Of a stretch of DNA of 64,000 nucleotides, positions 46,482 to 55,815 are shown piece after piece; positions within the stretch are counted from its first letter, which is position 1; the number at the start of each line of letters is the position of its first letter. Position numbers and translations under genes: made by a program. The notes beneath the pieces are model-generated. The model saw only the letters and a list, made by a program, of their open reading frames with translations. It was not told the origin of the DNA and ran no database searches. The stretch comes from a virus (lineage: Duplodnaviria > Caudoviricetes), in IMG/VR virus record IMGVR_UViG_3300028833_000064, positions 32,001 to 96,000 of that record, one strand, 5' to 3'.

Positions 46482-47299
46482 TCATCTATTAAGTCTTTTT
46501 CACGAAGTATGTCGTACAGTTTTTTAACGTCGAGACGGTATCTTGACTTGTACTCGGTTCCTCCATAGTAATCTGATAACCAAAATTCATCGATGTCTAC
46601 ACACTCGGAGAAAATTTTCTTGTATTGCAAGAACGTTATTGTTGGACAAATCTTTTCAAGTAATTCATCAAACTCTTCAAATGATTCTGGTTGTTCGTCT
46701 GGTTCTATGGTTTCTTCATAACCACCCCACGAACATAATGTTCCACCACGTGACCATTCCTTACTATATATATATTTTCCATTATCGTTGTCAATCAATG
46801 GTAAAAAGTTGTTGTTCCAGTTATTGTCCTTGAAAACATATCTGTGTTTGAACGAAAGATGAACATTTTTGTCCATATTATAGACAAATCCTCTTATTCT
46901 GTCTTCATCAACTTCCTCGAATTGGATATTGTTGATTGTTACAGAAACATTTCTGCCGTCTGCTCTACGGTTGATGTTTTCACGACAAGCATCTCTGTCT
47001 TCGTTCCAGTAGACAATCGTCAAATCGTGTCTAGCACCACCACATCTTTCAAAAAAATCGTGGGTTTCCTTTATGATGTCTTCTAGTTTTTTCTGTGTCG
47101 TTATAAGTGAGTCTATTACCAAGTTTCGTTTTAAGATACCCTTCAAACTGGATAAGACTTCACTGATTGGTTTGTACTTTCCATCGACAATGTAGTCGTC
47201 CATATGAACGATGGTAGTCCAGTCGTTCTCTAATCTTTTCGTATAGAACGTCTTTCCACTACCTGGTAGACCGTATAATATTGTTATATTCTTTGGCAT
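46478..47299 (-). CDS. Polynucleotide-kinase-like P-loop kinase + C-terminal domain
   Basis: GLPGSGKT, VIDS, lid C.ENINRR. Confidence 0.75.
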   Translation of the reverse strand: MPKNITILYGLPGSGKTFYTKRLENDWTTIVHMDDYIVDGKYKPISEVLSSLKGILKRNLVIDSLITTQKKLEDIIKETHDFFERCGGARHDLTIVYWNEDRDACRENINRRADGRNVSVTINNIQFEEVDEDRIRGFVYNMDKNVHLSFKHRYVFKDNNWNNNFLPLIDNDNGKYIYSKEWSRGGTLCSWGGYEETIEPDEQPESFEEFDELLEKICPTITFLQYKKIFSECVDIDEFWLSDYYGGTEYKSRYRLDVKKLYDILREKDLIDE

Positions 47300-47301
47300 A
47301 G

Positions 47302-48462
47302 TTATTCCTCTCTTTCTTCTTTTTTTCTTTTTATAGTTTCAAGTATGATTTCTGCAAACTTTATGTGCTCGTCATAGTTTACATCTTGTGAATGGTGTGT
47401 TGCATCCCCCCAAGTGAGTTGTAGTGACCAGAGTCCTCTTATCAAGGCGGCGATTTCAATAACTTCTTTTCTATATTTTGGACGGAAGTGTTCAAGAGAA
47501 TCCTCAAATTGACAAAGAATAAGTTCCGGCAATAGTATATAGTCTTGGTAGAAAAGTCCGTGAAATGGTTTTCGAATAAATGTGTACTCATAGTTGTTTT
47601 GCTTTCTACCATCACCATCACTTCCAGACGCCAAAAGAGTCGTTATTATGAAATCACGAACTTCTTTATCCTCTACATTACCATACTTTTTCAAAAGTTC
47701 ATTTTTTTTCTCCTCATCGTTGAACAGTATACTTTCTCGTTCCAACACAAATTCTAGGAATGATTTCCTATACTGCTCTGGAACCTCAACACCAATTGTT
47801 GAGCACAGTTCCTTTAAGTTTCTAATGGTTTTTCCATAATCATTAAAATTCTCCGGCAACCACACATAACACCGTTCCTTTAACATGGGAAGTGAATCGT
47901 GAGTCCAGTCAATTATCTCATAGTCGTGGTCATCTTTTCCAACACAATTTTTCTTATATCCGAGACTTTCGATGATTTCATGGGGTATTCTCCAAAATTC
48001 ATGGTCTTCGAGCATCTCATTTCCTACCGATACAAGATAGTCGAAAATATTCTCATGTTCCATGATAAAATCAAAAGTAATGTCGAAGTCTTTTCTATAG
48101 TTTAACTGTGCTTTGAAAAAATTTGTTTCTTTTATCTTTCTGATGATATCTTCCATTTTTTGTGAAAACGGTTCTCTATTTGAACGGTCATCACTTATAC
48201 TATTGACTATACTTTCGATATTCATTCCACAGAAAAAAGTTTCAAGACGTTTGACACCGGGTGTCATATCTACATTCTCAATTCCACCATAGTCGTTATA
48301 CTCTCCTCGAATTGGGACAGATATTGGTGTGAATGAATAACCTGGTGAAAATTCATCGGGTTCATTCATTGTGGTTGGCCGTATACCGACAATGACAACT
48401 ATTCTGTCACCATAAGTGATAGGTAAGTTTGAAAAATTTGCCGTAAAATTAAAACATCCCAT
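47302..48462 (-). CDS. Hypothetical phage protein
   Basis: MGCFN..SNLPI..G.YNDYG. Confidence 0.75.
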   Translation of the reverse strand: MGCFNFTANFSNLPITYGDRIVVIVGIRPTTMNEPDEFSPGYSFTPISVPIRGEYNDYGGIENVDMTPGVKRLETFFCGMNIESIVNSISDDRSNREPFSQKMEDIIRKIKETNFFKAQLNYRKDFDITFDFIMEHENIFDYLVSVGNEMLEDHEFWRIPHEIIESLGYKKNCVGKDDHDYEIIDWTHDSLPMLKERCYVWLPENFNDYGKTIRNLKELCSTIGVEVPEQYRKSFLEFVLERESILFNDEEKKNELLKKYGNVEDKEVRDFIITTLLASGSDGDGRKQNNYEYTFIRKPFHGLFYQDYILLPELILCQFEDSLEHFRPKYRKEVIEIAALIRGLWSLQLTWGDATHHSQDVNYDEHIKFAEIILETIKRKKEEREE

Positions 48463-48478
48463 TTGTTAATCTTTTTTT

Positions 48479-48490
48479 AAAGATACTATT
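48479..48490 (-). promoter_or_regulatory. Class II promoter-like motif
   Basis: AATAGTATCTTT. Confidence 0.65.
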
Positions 48491-48511
48491 TTTTATTGAA
48501 AAATAAAAAAA

Positions 48512-49600
48512 TTATACCTTTGGACTATCGTTGGTTATTACTTTCGAAAAAGATTTCTTGAACTCACTCTCTCTGTCCATCTCATCACAATGTGTGATTT
48601 CAACAATATAACTCTCTTCTCCACAATCTTCTTCAATCCTTTCTTTTAGTTCTCCAATATCAAGTTTAGAGTATTTGAACTCACCTTGTCCATCGTTAAA
48701 ATGATTTGTCCGGTCTTCTTTGATTCCAGTTGATATTACTGCTCGGTTTAACTGTGAAAACTCACCGTCACCATGTCGTGTAAGGTATGGTCTTGTTACA
48801 TAGTGTAGAAGAGTGTTGCAATTTTTTTCGGTCAATCCCATTTGATTCATTATTATTTTTGAATAACTTATTCCAGTATCTGATGGGGTTGTATCATAAG
48901 TATCTTTACCAGTGTCTTTTAAAAGTAACCCTTGACCATTTTCGAAAATAAAGTTGTCAAATTTAAATAGTCTTTCACTCTCTGCTGAAACGGGAACAGT
49001 GTTCTCGAACATGAATGTGCAGTCATTGATGAAGTGCCAAACTAGATTTGGGTCGTTCCATATTTTTTTCCATCCATCGGGTATGGTTATCTTTTTTTCG
49101 TAGTAACTCTTGACTTTCATCAAGTAGTCAAATCTCATCCGAACAGGAATATCATCACAAAAGTGGTCGAAACCCATTGTTGATGTTTCTTTGTATCTTG
49201 TGATTGTGTTCCATATTCCCATCCGACAGGAAGCGTGGGAACCTTTTAGTTCCTCCATTATAGAGTTTGCAATCATATCGAATGGGGTCGACCAGCGACA
49301 ATTTACGTCACGATAAGTCACAACCGGTTTAACAACCAACTCGTTCCATTCTTTTACAAATTGCATTGGGTTCAATATGAAAAAAGAAGAATAGTAGTTG
49401 GCTGCCCCGTAATATGTTCCGGAACCGAAGTGTTGAAAGGTGTGTTCTCCAACATCTGTTATCACGGAATGACCTCTTTGGGAACCTCCGTTTGTTAAGA
49501 TATTAAGGACTTTTTCACTTTCTTTGGTGTATTTCGCCACCACAGTTCCCTTTCCTTCGTCACCGTTGTTGCTGCCGACTACTATTCTTGCTGTTTTCAT
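48512..49600 (-). CDS. Divergent adenylosuccinate-synthetase (PurA)-family protein
   Basis: GDEGKG, GGSQRGH, FENGQG, TRHGDG, ITHCD. Confidence 0.85.
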   Translation of the reverse strand: MKTARIVVGSNNGDEGKGTVVAKYTKESEKVLNILTNGGSQRGHSVITDVGEHTFQHFGSGTYYGAANYYSSFFILNPMQFVKEWNELVVKPVVTYRDVNCRWSTPFDMIANSIMEELKGSHASCRMGIWNTITRYKETSTMGFDHFCDDIPVRMRFDYLMKVKSYYEKKITIPDGWKKIWNDPNLVWHFINDCTFMFENTVPVSAESERLFKFDNFIFENGQGLLLKDTGKDTYDTTPSDTGISYSKIIMNQMGLTEKNCNTLLHYVTRPYLTRHGDGEFSQLNRAVISTGIKEDRTNHFNDGQGEFKYSKLDIGELKERIEEDCGEESYIVEITHCDEMDRESEFKKSFSKVITNDSPKV

Positions 49601-49612
49601 TTGTTTGTTATT

Positions 49613-50491
49613 TTACCAAGTAATTTCACCGTTCTCGTTAATCATATTTTGAGCAGGAACGGTTTCATTTAAATTTGAACTACCTTCAATGGATTCATCA
49701 ATACATTCTTCAATTGTTTTTGACAAATTATTGATAGTAGAAACTTTAAGTCTATCTCCAAGTATTTGACCGAATGTGTTTTCAATTCCATTTTTATGAT
49801 GATAATATGAATTTGCATTATCGTCAACAGCAATATGGAAAACATCAAACTTTTCAATCACTGACTTATAGAGTTCCGGAGTTTCGATATCATTTTGTTC
49901 AGTCGAACCAATGATATTGTTAAGTTGTTTTTTGGGCAAATAAGGATTAAGTTCCTCGTCACCCATGGTGATAATGATACCCTTACGACCTTGTTCGTTG
50001 GCGTCGAGTTTGGTACGATTCAGTCCCATGTACCATGCTGCCGTGTAACTTTCGAAAGAATTGCCACCGCCGCCTTTTTCCATATAGATTTTGTCGAGAC
50101 TCTCGGCAATTCTTACATCACTCTCGAACTGAGACATCTGAATCGGTGCTTCATCATAGGCGAGGTCTCCAATACCCATCACACAAAATTCGATATCCTT
50201 ATACTTTTTGTATAAGTTAGACATAATCACTCCGAGAGCTTCGGCACACTCCTTACACGAGTTACCCATACTTCCTGTCACATCAAGCGCCAAGATTACT
50301 GGAATGGTATTAGGGTGTTCGTCAGAATTGACACACTCACGAATGGAGAATTTACATGGGTCGAGACTTGGGTCAAGGTATCTCATGGTGTATTCTTGAC
50401 CGGATACTCTACCCGATGAGGTGTCATAACTTTTGCCCAACGATGTACTGTAAATAGCATATGCTTTGGTTGACCAAGTTCCTGAACCCAT
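49613..50491 (-). CDS. vWA-domain protein
   Basis: MIDAS-like DVTGSM, GIGD, GGGGNSFESY, MGDE. Confidence 0.85.
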   Translation of the reverse strand: MGSGTWSTKAYAIYSTSLGKSYDTSSGRVSGQEYTMRYLDPSLDPCKFSIRECVNSDEHPNTIPVILALDVTGSMGNSCKECAEALGVIMSNLYKKYKDIEFCVMGIGDLAYDEAPIQMSQFESDVRIAESLDKIYMEKGGGGNSFESYTAAWYMGLNRTKLDANEQGRKGIIITMGDEELNPYLPKKQLNNIIGSTEQNDIETPELYKSVIEKFDVFHIAVDDNANSYYHHKNGIENTFGQILGDRLKVSTINNLSKTIEECIDESIEGSSNLNETVPAQNMINENGEITW

Positions 50492-50493
50492 AC

Positions 50494-51120
50494 TTAACCC
50501 TCCTCTTCATTAGTGTTAGTGGTGGTAGTGTCTTCATCTTCATCATCTTCGATGTTGAAGTCGAAATCAAACATTCCATCAAATGGGTTAGATGCCTTGT
50601 TACCCATCATCATGGACATCGCCATCATCTGTCCAAAGTTACCCATACCATTGGTGTTTCCACCACCCATCATCTGGGTCATCATCATCATCTTGACCAT
50701 GTTAGAAAGACCCTTACCATTCTTGAAGGCGTTGCCGAACATCGAGACAATCTTACCGTAGAAGTAAGTACTGCCCATGAAGATGTGGCGCTCAGGAATA
50801 ACCTCACGAATCTCGGAGTTCTCATAGTCGATGACCTTGATGGTCTTCTTTGTTGCCTCGATGACACATTTGGGTTTACCACCAACGAGGATGATGTCTC
50901 CAACCTCTACCTTATTAGTAGGAATAACGAAGAACATCTCATCACCAATATTAAAGCAGAAATTGGTGACATTGGTGAGTATACCCTTTTTGACATTGTA
51001 GGTCTTGTACTGACCATTACTGCACTGAACGGCGATACCGCCATTCATAGTTAGACGACATTTACCTGGTTCGGTCTTACCGAACATTCCGTTGAAAGAT
51101 TTTTGAACGTTTTCAAACAT
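50494..51120 (-). CDS. Hypothetical protein with Met/Gly-rich low-complexity tail
   Basis: MMMMTQMMGGG..MMAMSMMMG; 2 nt from the vWA gene. Confidence 0.75.
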   Translation of the reverse strand: MFENVQKSFNGMFGKTEPGKCRLTMNGGIAVQCSNGQYKTYNVKKGILTNVTNFCFNIGDEMFFVIPTNKVEVGDIILVGGKPKCVIEATKKTIKVIDYENSEIREVIPERHIFMGSTYFYGKIVSMFGNAFKNGKGLSNMVKMMMMTQMMGGGNTNGMGNFGQMMAMSMMMGNKASNPFDGMFDFDFNIEDDEDEDTTTTNTNEEEG

Positions 51121-51150
51121 AACTTTAAATTTTGATTGTTTATATGTTTT

Positions 51151-51357
51151 TTATAAAATTTCCTCGATTGTAACATTTTCATCAATCCAAAGTGAAGCCT
51201 CTTCTGCTTTCTTTCTTGATGAAAATATTGCCTTATGTTTTTGTGAAGAAGCATAATATGTGAAAATGAGTTTTCCAGTATTAATGTTTCTTAACACAAA
51301 GAGTTTTTCGTATTCTGTTTTCATTTGAAGTTTGGTGGTTTTGGGAGTTTCCTCCAA
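51151..51357 (-). CDS. Hypothetical protein
   Basis: Tiling. Confidence 0.55.
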   Translation of the reverse strand: MEETPKTTKLQMKTEYEKLFVLRNINTGKLIFTYYASSQKHKAIFSSRKKAEEASLWIDENVTIEEIL

Positions 51358-51596
51358 TGAGTTACTTCACACTGGTTGTTAATATAGATTTCATCAACTC
51401 TGTCATCATTATCGAGAAGCCATTTCTCGAATTGCCATGAATATTCTGCAATTGATGGAAGTCCTACAAACCTACCATCTTTCTCTCTATGTGCAATGAG
51501 TACCCAATCCCATCTACATCTGTCTGGTAGGTGTTTCTTACATGGAATCCAAAACCCCAATAGGGCAAGAAATTCCCAAAATGCATTCTTTATCAT
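51321..51596 (-). CDS. DUF551-like protein
   Basis: WIPC..LP...VTHWRKLPKPP. Confidence 0.65.
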   Translation of the reverse strand: MIKNAFWEFLALLGFWIPCKKHLPDRCRWDWVLIAHREKDGRFVGLPSIAEYSWQFEKWLLDNDDRVDEIYINNQCEVTHWRKLPKPPNFK

Positions 51597-51608
51597 AACT
51601 TACTTTTT

Positions 51609-52346
51609 TTAGAACAATGCCTCACCATAGTTTTGGTCTACATCTGGTTGTTTGATTCCGAGTATAAAGTCACATATCCAGTTCCTTGCATAGTCCTTTG
51701 AAATCATACTCCGGTCCTCAGAACACAAACCCGCTTGACCACTACTCTTAGATGAAAGAATGTTTTTAATAACTTTACTTTGTTGTCGTGTCTCACCGTC
51801 AAGAGGTTCACAGTTGATGAAAAAATATGCCGTAGGTTTCTTGAAGAAATCACCACGTTTTGTCCTGTCCATATCGACGAGTGTCGGAGCCATCACGAAG
51901 TTTGCTTTCAAGAATGTCTGCTCACTCCAAGGGTTTTCCATTATGAGTCTCAGACCCCTCATCTGTGCAACAGCAAGCATCTTTACAGCAAGACTGAAGA
52001 AGTATTCCCTGTTGTGGCTCCTCTCAAGAATCAAGTCTGTCTTTTCCTTCATTGTTTTCTTCCGATAATTCACACACGTCCAATACATAGACATCTGTGA
52101 CAAGGCGGAGAAGTAGATGCAAGGGAAGAAAGCCACTATCAAGTCATCCTTTGTTATGTTATCGAAGATAGAAGGTTTGTCATCGTAGGCATTCTCTATC
52201 TCCTTGAATAAATCATCTTGGTGGTCAGTCTCACCGAAATTGTTCTGAATGTCATAGTCTTCGGCCGGTATTCCGAGTTTAATAAACTCGTTTTTGAAAG
52301 TTCCGGACTGCTCGAAGAAACAATGAACCTTTCCTTTTATTACCAT
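51609..52346 (-). CDS. DNA cytosine-5 methyltransferase-like protein
   Basis: FEQSG (motif I variant), YDI, FPC, ENP, KKPT. Confidence 0.65.
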   Translation of the reverse strand: MVIKGKVHCFFEQSGTFKNEFIKLGIPAEDYDIQNNFGETDHQDDLFKEIENAYDDKPSIFDNITKDDLIVAFFPCIYFSALSQMSMYWTCVNYRKKTMKEKTDLILERSHNREYFFSLAVKMLAVAQMRGLRLIMENPWSEQTFLKANFVMAPTLVDMDRTKRGDFFKKPTAYFFINCEPLDGETRQQSKVIKNILSSKSSGQAGLCSEDRSMISKDYARNWICDFILGIKQPDVDQNYGEALF

Positions 52347-53347
52347 TAGAATTTTCTTTTGATTATATCTACAGCGAGCCGGTTGAGTTCTTTATTGACG
52401 ACTCTTTGCTCATTAGATGAAAGGTCGTTATACTCGGGATGGTCTTTTGTAAATTCCTCAAGAGTATCTGCTGAGAACTCTTTGATAAGAAGACCCATCT
52501 GCTTGGGTATCTCAATCTCACCGAGGTGTGACACGACATTGTTGATTCGTGCCTCAGTCACATACTGACCAATCACTGAGACGAGTTTGTTGCAAGTATC
52601 AGAGTACTCAACTTGAACCTTCTCTTTCTTTTCACTTTTCTCAAATTCGTTGAACTTCGGGTTCTTATTCTTGATGATGATTCTCTCACCGTTGGCGAAT
52701 CTGATGTCCTCAATGGGTTTGATTACAACACCTTCTGCATAGTTGTTCTCGAGTCTTGGATAACCGAGACGTTCACCAATCGTGCTGATGAAAATTGGGT
52801 CGTAAGCGAGACACTCATCAAGTGTACCACGGAAGAGTTCCTTGTTGTAGAAGAAACCGAACTCTTCGAAAAGACGGTTGCACTTATCAACACCGAGGTA
52901 GATATTCTTCTCACCGTCACTTACGAGAATATCAAAGGCATAGAACTGATGGTCTGGGCAGTACTGAATACCTTTCTGAATCTTCGGAACATTACTCTTA
53001 TACCCGTCATATCCACCACCAAAAAACTCACCGAACACTTGGATTTGGTTGATGTCCATCTCTTTCTTGAGTGTATTCATAATACTAATGACACCACCTT
53101 TTAGATTACATTCAGCAAAGTCCTGAAAACCATAGAACTTATCTTCTGGTGCAAGAACCGAACCACGTTTACCGGTCATAATTTGTCCAGAGTCATCTGT
53201 GATTACTGACGTGTTACACCCGTCAACTTTCTCCGATATGGAGAAAAGCATATTTGGACAACCAAGGAAGTTGAGACTCTCACGTACTTTCTCAATGTAT
53301 GCTTCCCTGTAACTATTTTCAATTGAGGTATATTTCTTAAAATCCAT
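52346..53347 (-). CDS. RNA ligase 2 (Rnl2 family)
   Basis: EKVDG, FGEFFG, FYAFDI, EGVVIKP, IKNKN..F.E, R..NV.S. Confidence 0.9.
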   Translation of the reverse strand: MDFKKYTSIENSYREAYIEKVRESLNFLGCPNMLFSISEKVDGCNTSVITDDSGQIMTGKRGSVLAPEDKFYGFQDFAECNLKGGVISIMNTLKKEMDINQIQVFGEFFGGGYDGYKSNVPKIQKGIQYCPDHQFYAFDILVSDGEKNIYLGVDKCNRLFEEFGFFYNKELFRGTLDECLAYDPIFISTIGERLGYPRLENNYAEGVVIKPIEDIRFANGERIIIKNKNPKFNEFEKSEKKEKVQVEYSDTCNKLVSVIGQYVTEARINNVVSHLGEIEIPKQMGLLIKEFSADTLEEFTKDHPEYNDLSSNEQRVVNKELNRLAVDIIKRKF

Positions 53348-53360
53348 AACTAAACTATAT

Positions 53361-54395
53361 TTAAACTTTAGTTTCTTTTTTCTTCACTATTAAAGATAAC
53401 AAAATTGAACCAAAAAGTATTCCTAAAATTATAAAAAGTGAAGATAATGTTGTAATTTCTATTCCAAATATCTCGTGGTTTATCATCTTTACTCCGACAA
53501 ACACAAGTAGAAATCCAAGTCCGTACTTCAACATCCAGAATTTGTCATTGACACCGCTAAACAAGAAGAACAACGACCTGAGACCCATGATTGCAAAAAT
53601 GTTGGAGAAATATATGACAAACGTATCTCTCGTCACCGAAAATGCCGCCGGTATGGAGTCGACTGCAAACACAAGGTCTGAGAACTCAATGACGAGTAGG
53701 ACGAGTAACAACGGGGTCATATGCAACATTCCATCGATGTCTGTAAGAAATTTGTGTCCGTCAAGTTTTTTCGATACATAAAAATGTTTGTTGGCGAACT
53801 TGACGATGGGATGGTCTTCTGTTTTCACATCACCATCGTCTTTACTATAAAACATTTTCACACCACTGAAGATGAGTACCACACCGAAGATTGCAAGTAT
53901 TATAGAGAATTTAGAAACAATTGTACCGAGTAAGAAGATGAATATAAATCTCATCACGATGGCGACCAAGATACCCCAAAACAAGACTCTGTGGTAGTAT
54001 ATCCGGTCGATTCCGAAACTGATGAACACCATCAACATCACAAATATATTGTCAATCGACAGTGATTTCTCCAACCAATAACCGGCCATATACTGCTCGA
54101 AGATTTCCCTTCTGTATATCTTCAGTGCTTCCGAATATTCCATACCAGGTTGGATAAGTTTTTCAAGTCCTGCATCCTTTGCATAATTCAAAAGACTCTC
54201 CATGTCGGTTATTCCATGAACCCACTCTGCATGGAACAACAAGACAAGACTGAACAGCATTGCCATTCCAATCCAAATTCCGGTCCAGATGGCCGCTTCC
54301 TTGATTCCAATCACATGGTCTTTTTTGTGGAAGACACCGAGGTCGAGGGCGAGCATTGCCGTTATAAATACCAAAAATATGATAAAAAATGTCAT
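53361..54395 (-). CDS. TerC/Alx family membrane protein
   Basis: EKSLSIDNIFV, DLVFAVDSIPA, SNIFAIMGLRSL. Confidence 0.93.
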   Translation of the reverse strand: MTFFIIFLVFITAMLALDLGVFHKKDHVIGIKEAAIWTGIWIGMAMLFSLVLLFHAEWVHGITDMESLLNYAKDAGLEKLIQPGMEYSEALKIYRREIFEQYMAGYWLEKSLSIDNIFVMLMVFISFGIDRIYYHRVLFWGILVAIVMRFIFIFLLGTIVSKFSIILAIFGVVLIFSGVKMFYSKDDGDVKTEDHPIVKFANKHFYVSKKLDGHKFLTDIDGMLHMTPLLLVLLVIEFSDLVFAVDSIPAAFSVTRDTFVIYFSNIFAIMGLRSLFFLFSGVNDKFWMLKYGLGFLLVFVGVKMINHEIFGIEITTLSSLFIILGILFGSILLSLIVKKKETKV

Positions 54396-54739
54396 GTCGT
54401 TATTGATTCTTCTTTTTTAATTGGAATGAATATTGCATAATCGTTATCGTCTTCAAAGTGATTGATGGTGTCCAAAAATGAGTTACCACACTTGAAACGA
54501 ATGTATTCAAATTCTTTACCGTTCCATCTTGCATGTGTTGTGTTCCGTGTGTCTCCAAGATACCAAGAACCAATCTCAAGGTCTTTCTTAGATATTGCAC
54601 CACAACGGATTAGATTCGGTATTATAACATCTTTGTAGAATGTTCTCTCTTCTTCGGTTCTGCAAAGAGGAATGTCTGGGATGTCGTGTTCATTTTCGAA
54701 AGGTTTTAGACTTTCCCAGTATTCTTTATTTTGGTTCAT
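54392..54739 (-). CDS. Hypothetical protein
   Basis: ATGA overlap. Confidence 0.7.
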   Translation of the reverse strand: MNQNKEYWESLKPFENEHDIPDIPLCRTEEERTFYKDVIIPNLIRCGAISKKDLEIGSWYLGDTRNTTHARWNGKEFEYIRFKCGNSFLDTINHFEDDNDYAIFIPIKKEESITT

Positions 54740-55077
54740 TATCTTAGTTTAGTTTCACGTTTCCAATGTTCACACGTATGACAGTAGTGACAGAACCTAT
54801 CCTTACCGTTTTGGTTTGATGGGTGTCCACACACAATCCCTTCGGGAATTTTGAAGTCACGGTCGGCAATACGGTTTGCACAGACAATGCAGTGTTTGTT
54901 CTCAACGTGGTTAAAATAGATACTCATACCACGACTCTCATTTTCTATGAGTTCTATCTGTCTGTCAACTTTATTCATCAATCTGTCAACTTTACCCATA
55001 AACTTTTGAAGAAGACTCTTCTTTAAATTGAGTTTACGGAGACGTGCATTTTTTTTACACATTGTATTTTCGTTCAT
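54739..55077 (-). CDS. Coiled-coil + Cys-rich protein
   Basis: CxxC motifs. Confidence 0.65.
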   Translation of the reverse strand: MNENTMCKKNARLRKLNLKKSLLQKFMGKVDRLMNKVDRQIELIENESRGMSIYFNHVENKHCIVCANRIADRDFKIPEGIVCGHPSNQNGKDRFCHYCHTCEHWKRETKLR

Positions 55078-55321
55078 TCCACTTATCCATTATTCTCGTT
55101 GCTATTGGTTGGACGCCAAGCACTCTTCCACTCTTTTTCATTTCAACACCACATTGGGGACATTTGATAACAATAGTCCTACTCGGTGTATAATCGTTTC
55201 CTTTAAGGTGCCAAATTGGTGTTGTTCCACAAAACGGACATGGTTTCAAAAGAGGATTTTCTGAGTCGTAGTTGTGGATTTCAACTTTTACTTCGGGTTC
55301 AAAACCAAGATTGATTTCCAT
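55055..55321 (-). CDS. Lar-like restriction-alleviation Zn-finger
   Basis: LKPCPFCG..CPQCG..WNER. Confidence 0.7.
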   Translation of the reverse strand: MEINLGFEPEVKVEIHNYDSENPLLKPCPFCGTTPIWHLKGNDYTPSRTIVIKCPQCGVEMKKSGRVLGVQPIATRIMDKWNERKYNV

Positions 55322-55322
55322 A

Positions 55323-55814
55323 CTAAGCGAGTCTTAAACCATTGAGAACCTCTTTTTTAACAGCGTTCTCTATCCCACCGACGAAGGATATGAACTCTTT
55401 TTCAAGAATTTCTTCGTCTGTTACACCTTCACCGGCACGTTTTAACTTGTATATGTCAAACGTAGGGTAGTTTTCACGGTCCCACACTCTTTCGTCTGCA
55501 AGGACACAAATCGATGTCGTAAGATTTCCAAGGTCTTCCTCCTCGAATGTCTCAAACTTGATACCGTGTTCTTTGAAGACTTCCATTATGGTGGACATAT
55601 CGGACACAGTACCGCCTGACAACATAACGAGGGTTTTGTCTGTGTTCAACCACTGCTGCAAGTCCTCATCGTCCCAATGTTTTCTGACATACTCACACAC
55701 ACCGTGTGTTGTCTGGACACCTTTGTTTTGACCGTCGAGATGTCTCAAGACAAGGCTGTACATTTTATAACCGGTTTTCCTGTATATTTTGTAACCTATT
55801 TTTTCCTCTTCCAT
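55323..55814 (-). CDS. Peptidyl-tRNA hydrolase 2-like protein
   Basis: MY.LV..GVQTTH..W..KTLVML..F.E.DL..LTTSI. Confidence 0.6.
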   Translation of the reverse strand: MEEEKIGYKIYRKTGYKMYSLVLRHLDGQNKGVQTTHGVCEYVRKHWDDEDLQQWLNTDKTLVMLSGGTVSDMSTIMEVFKEHGIKFETFEEEDLGNLTTSICVLADERVWDRENYPTFDIYKLKRAGEGVTDEEILEKEFISFVGGIENAVKKEVLNGLRLA

Positions 55815-55815
55815 T

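Noticed and set aside
48512-49600. PurZ / Z-genome pathway
   Set aside because: Catalytic Asp retained (GDEGKG); no DatZ/MazZ neighbours seen
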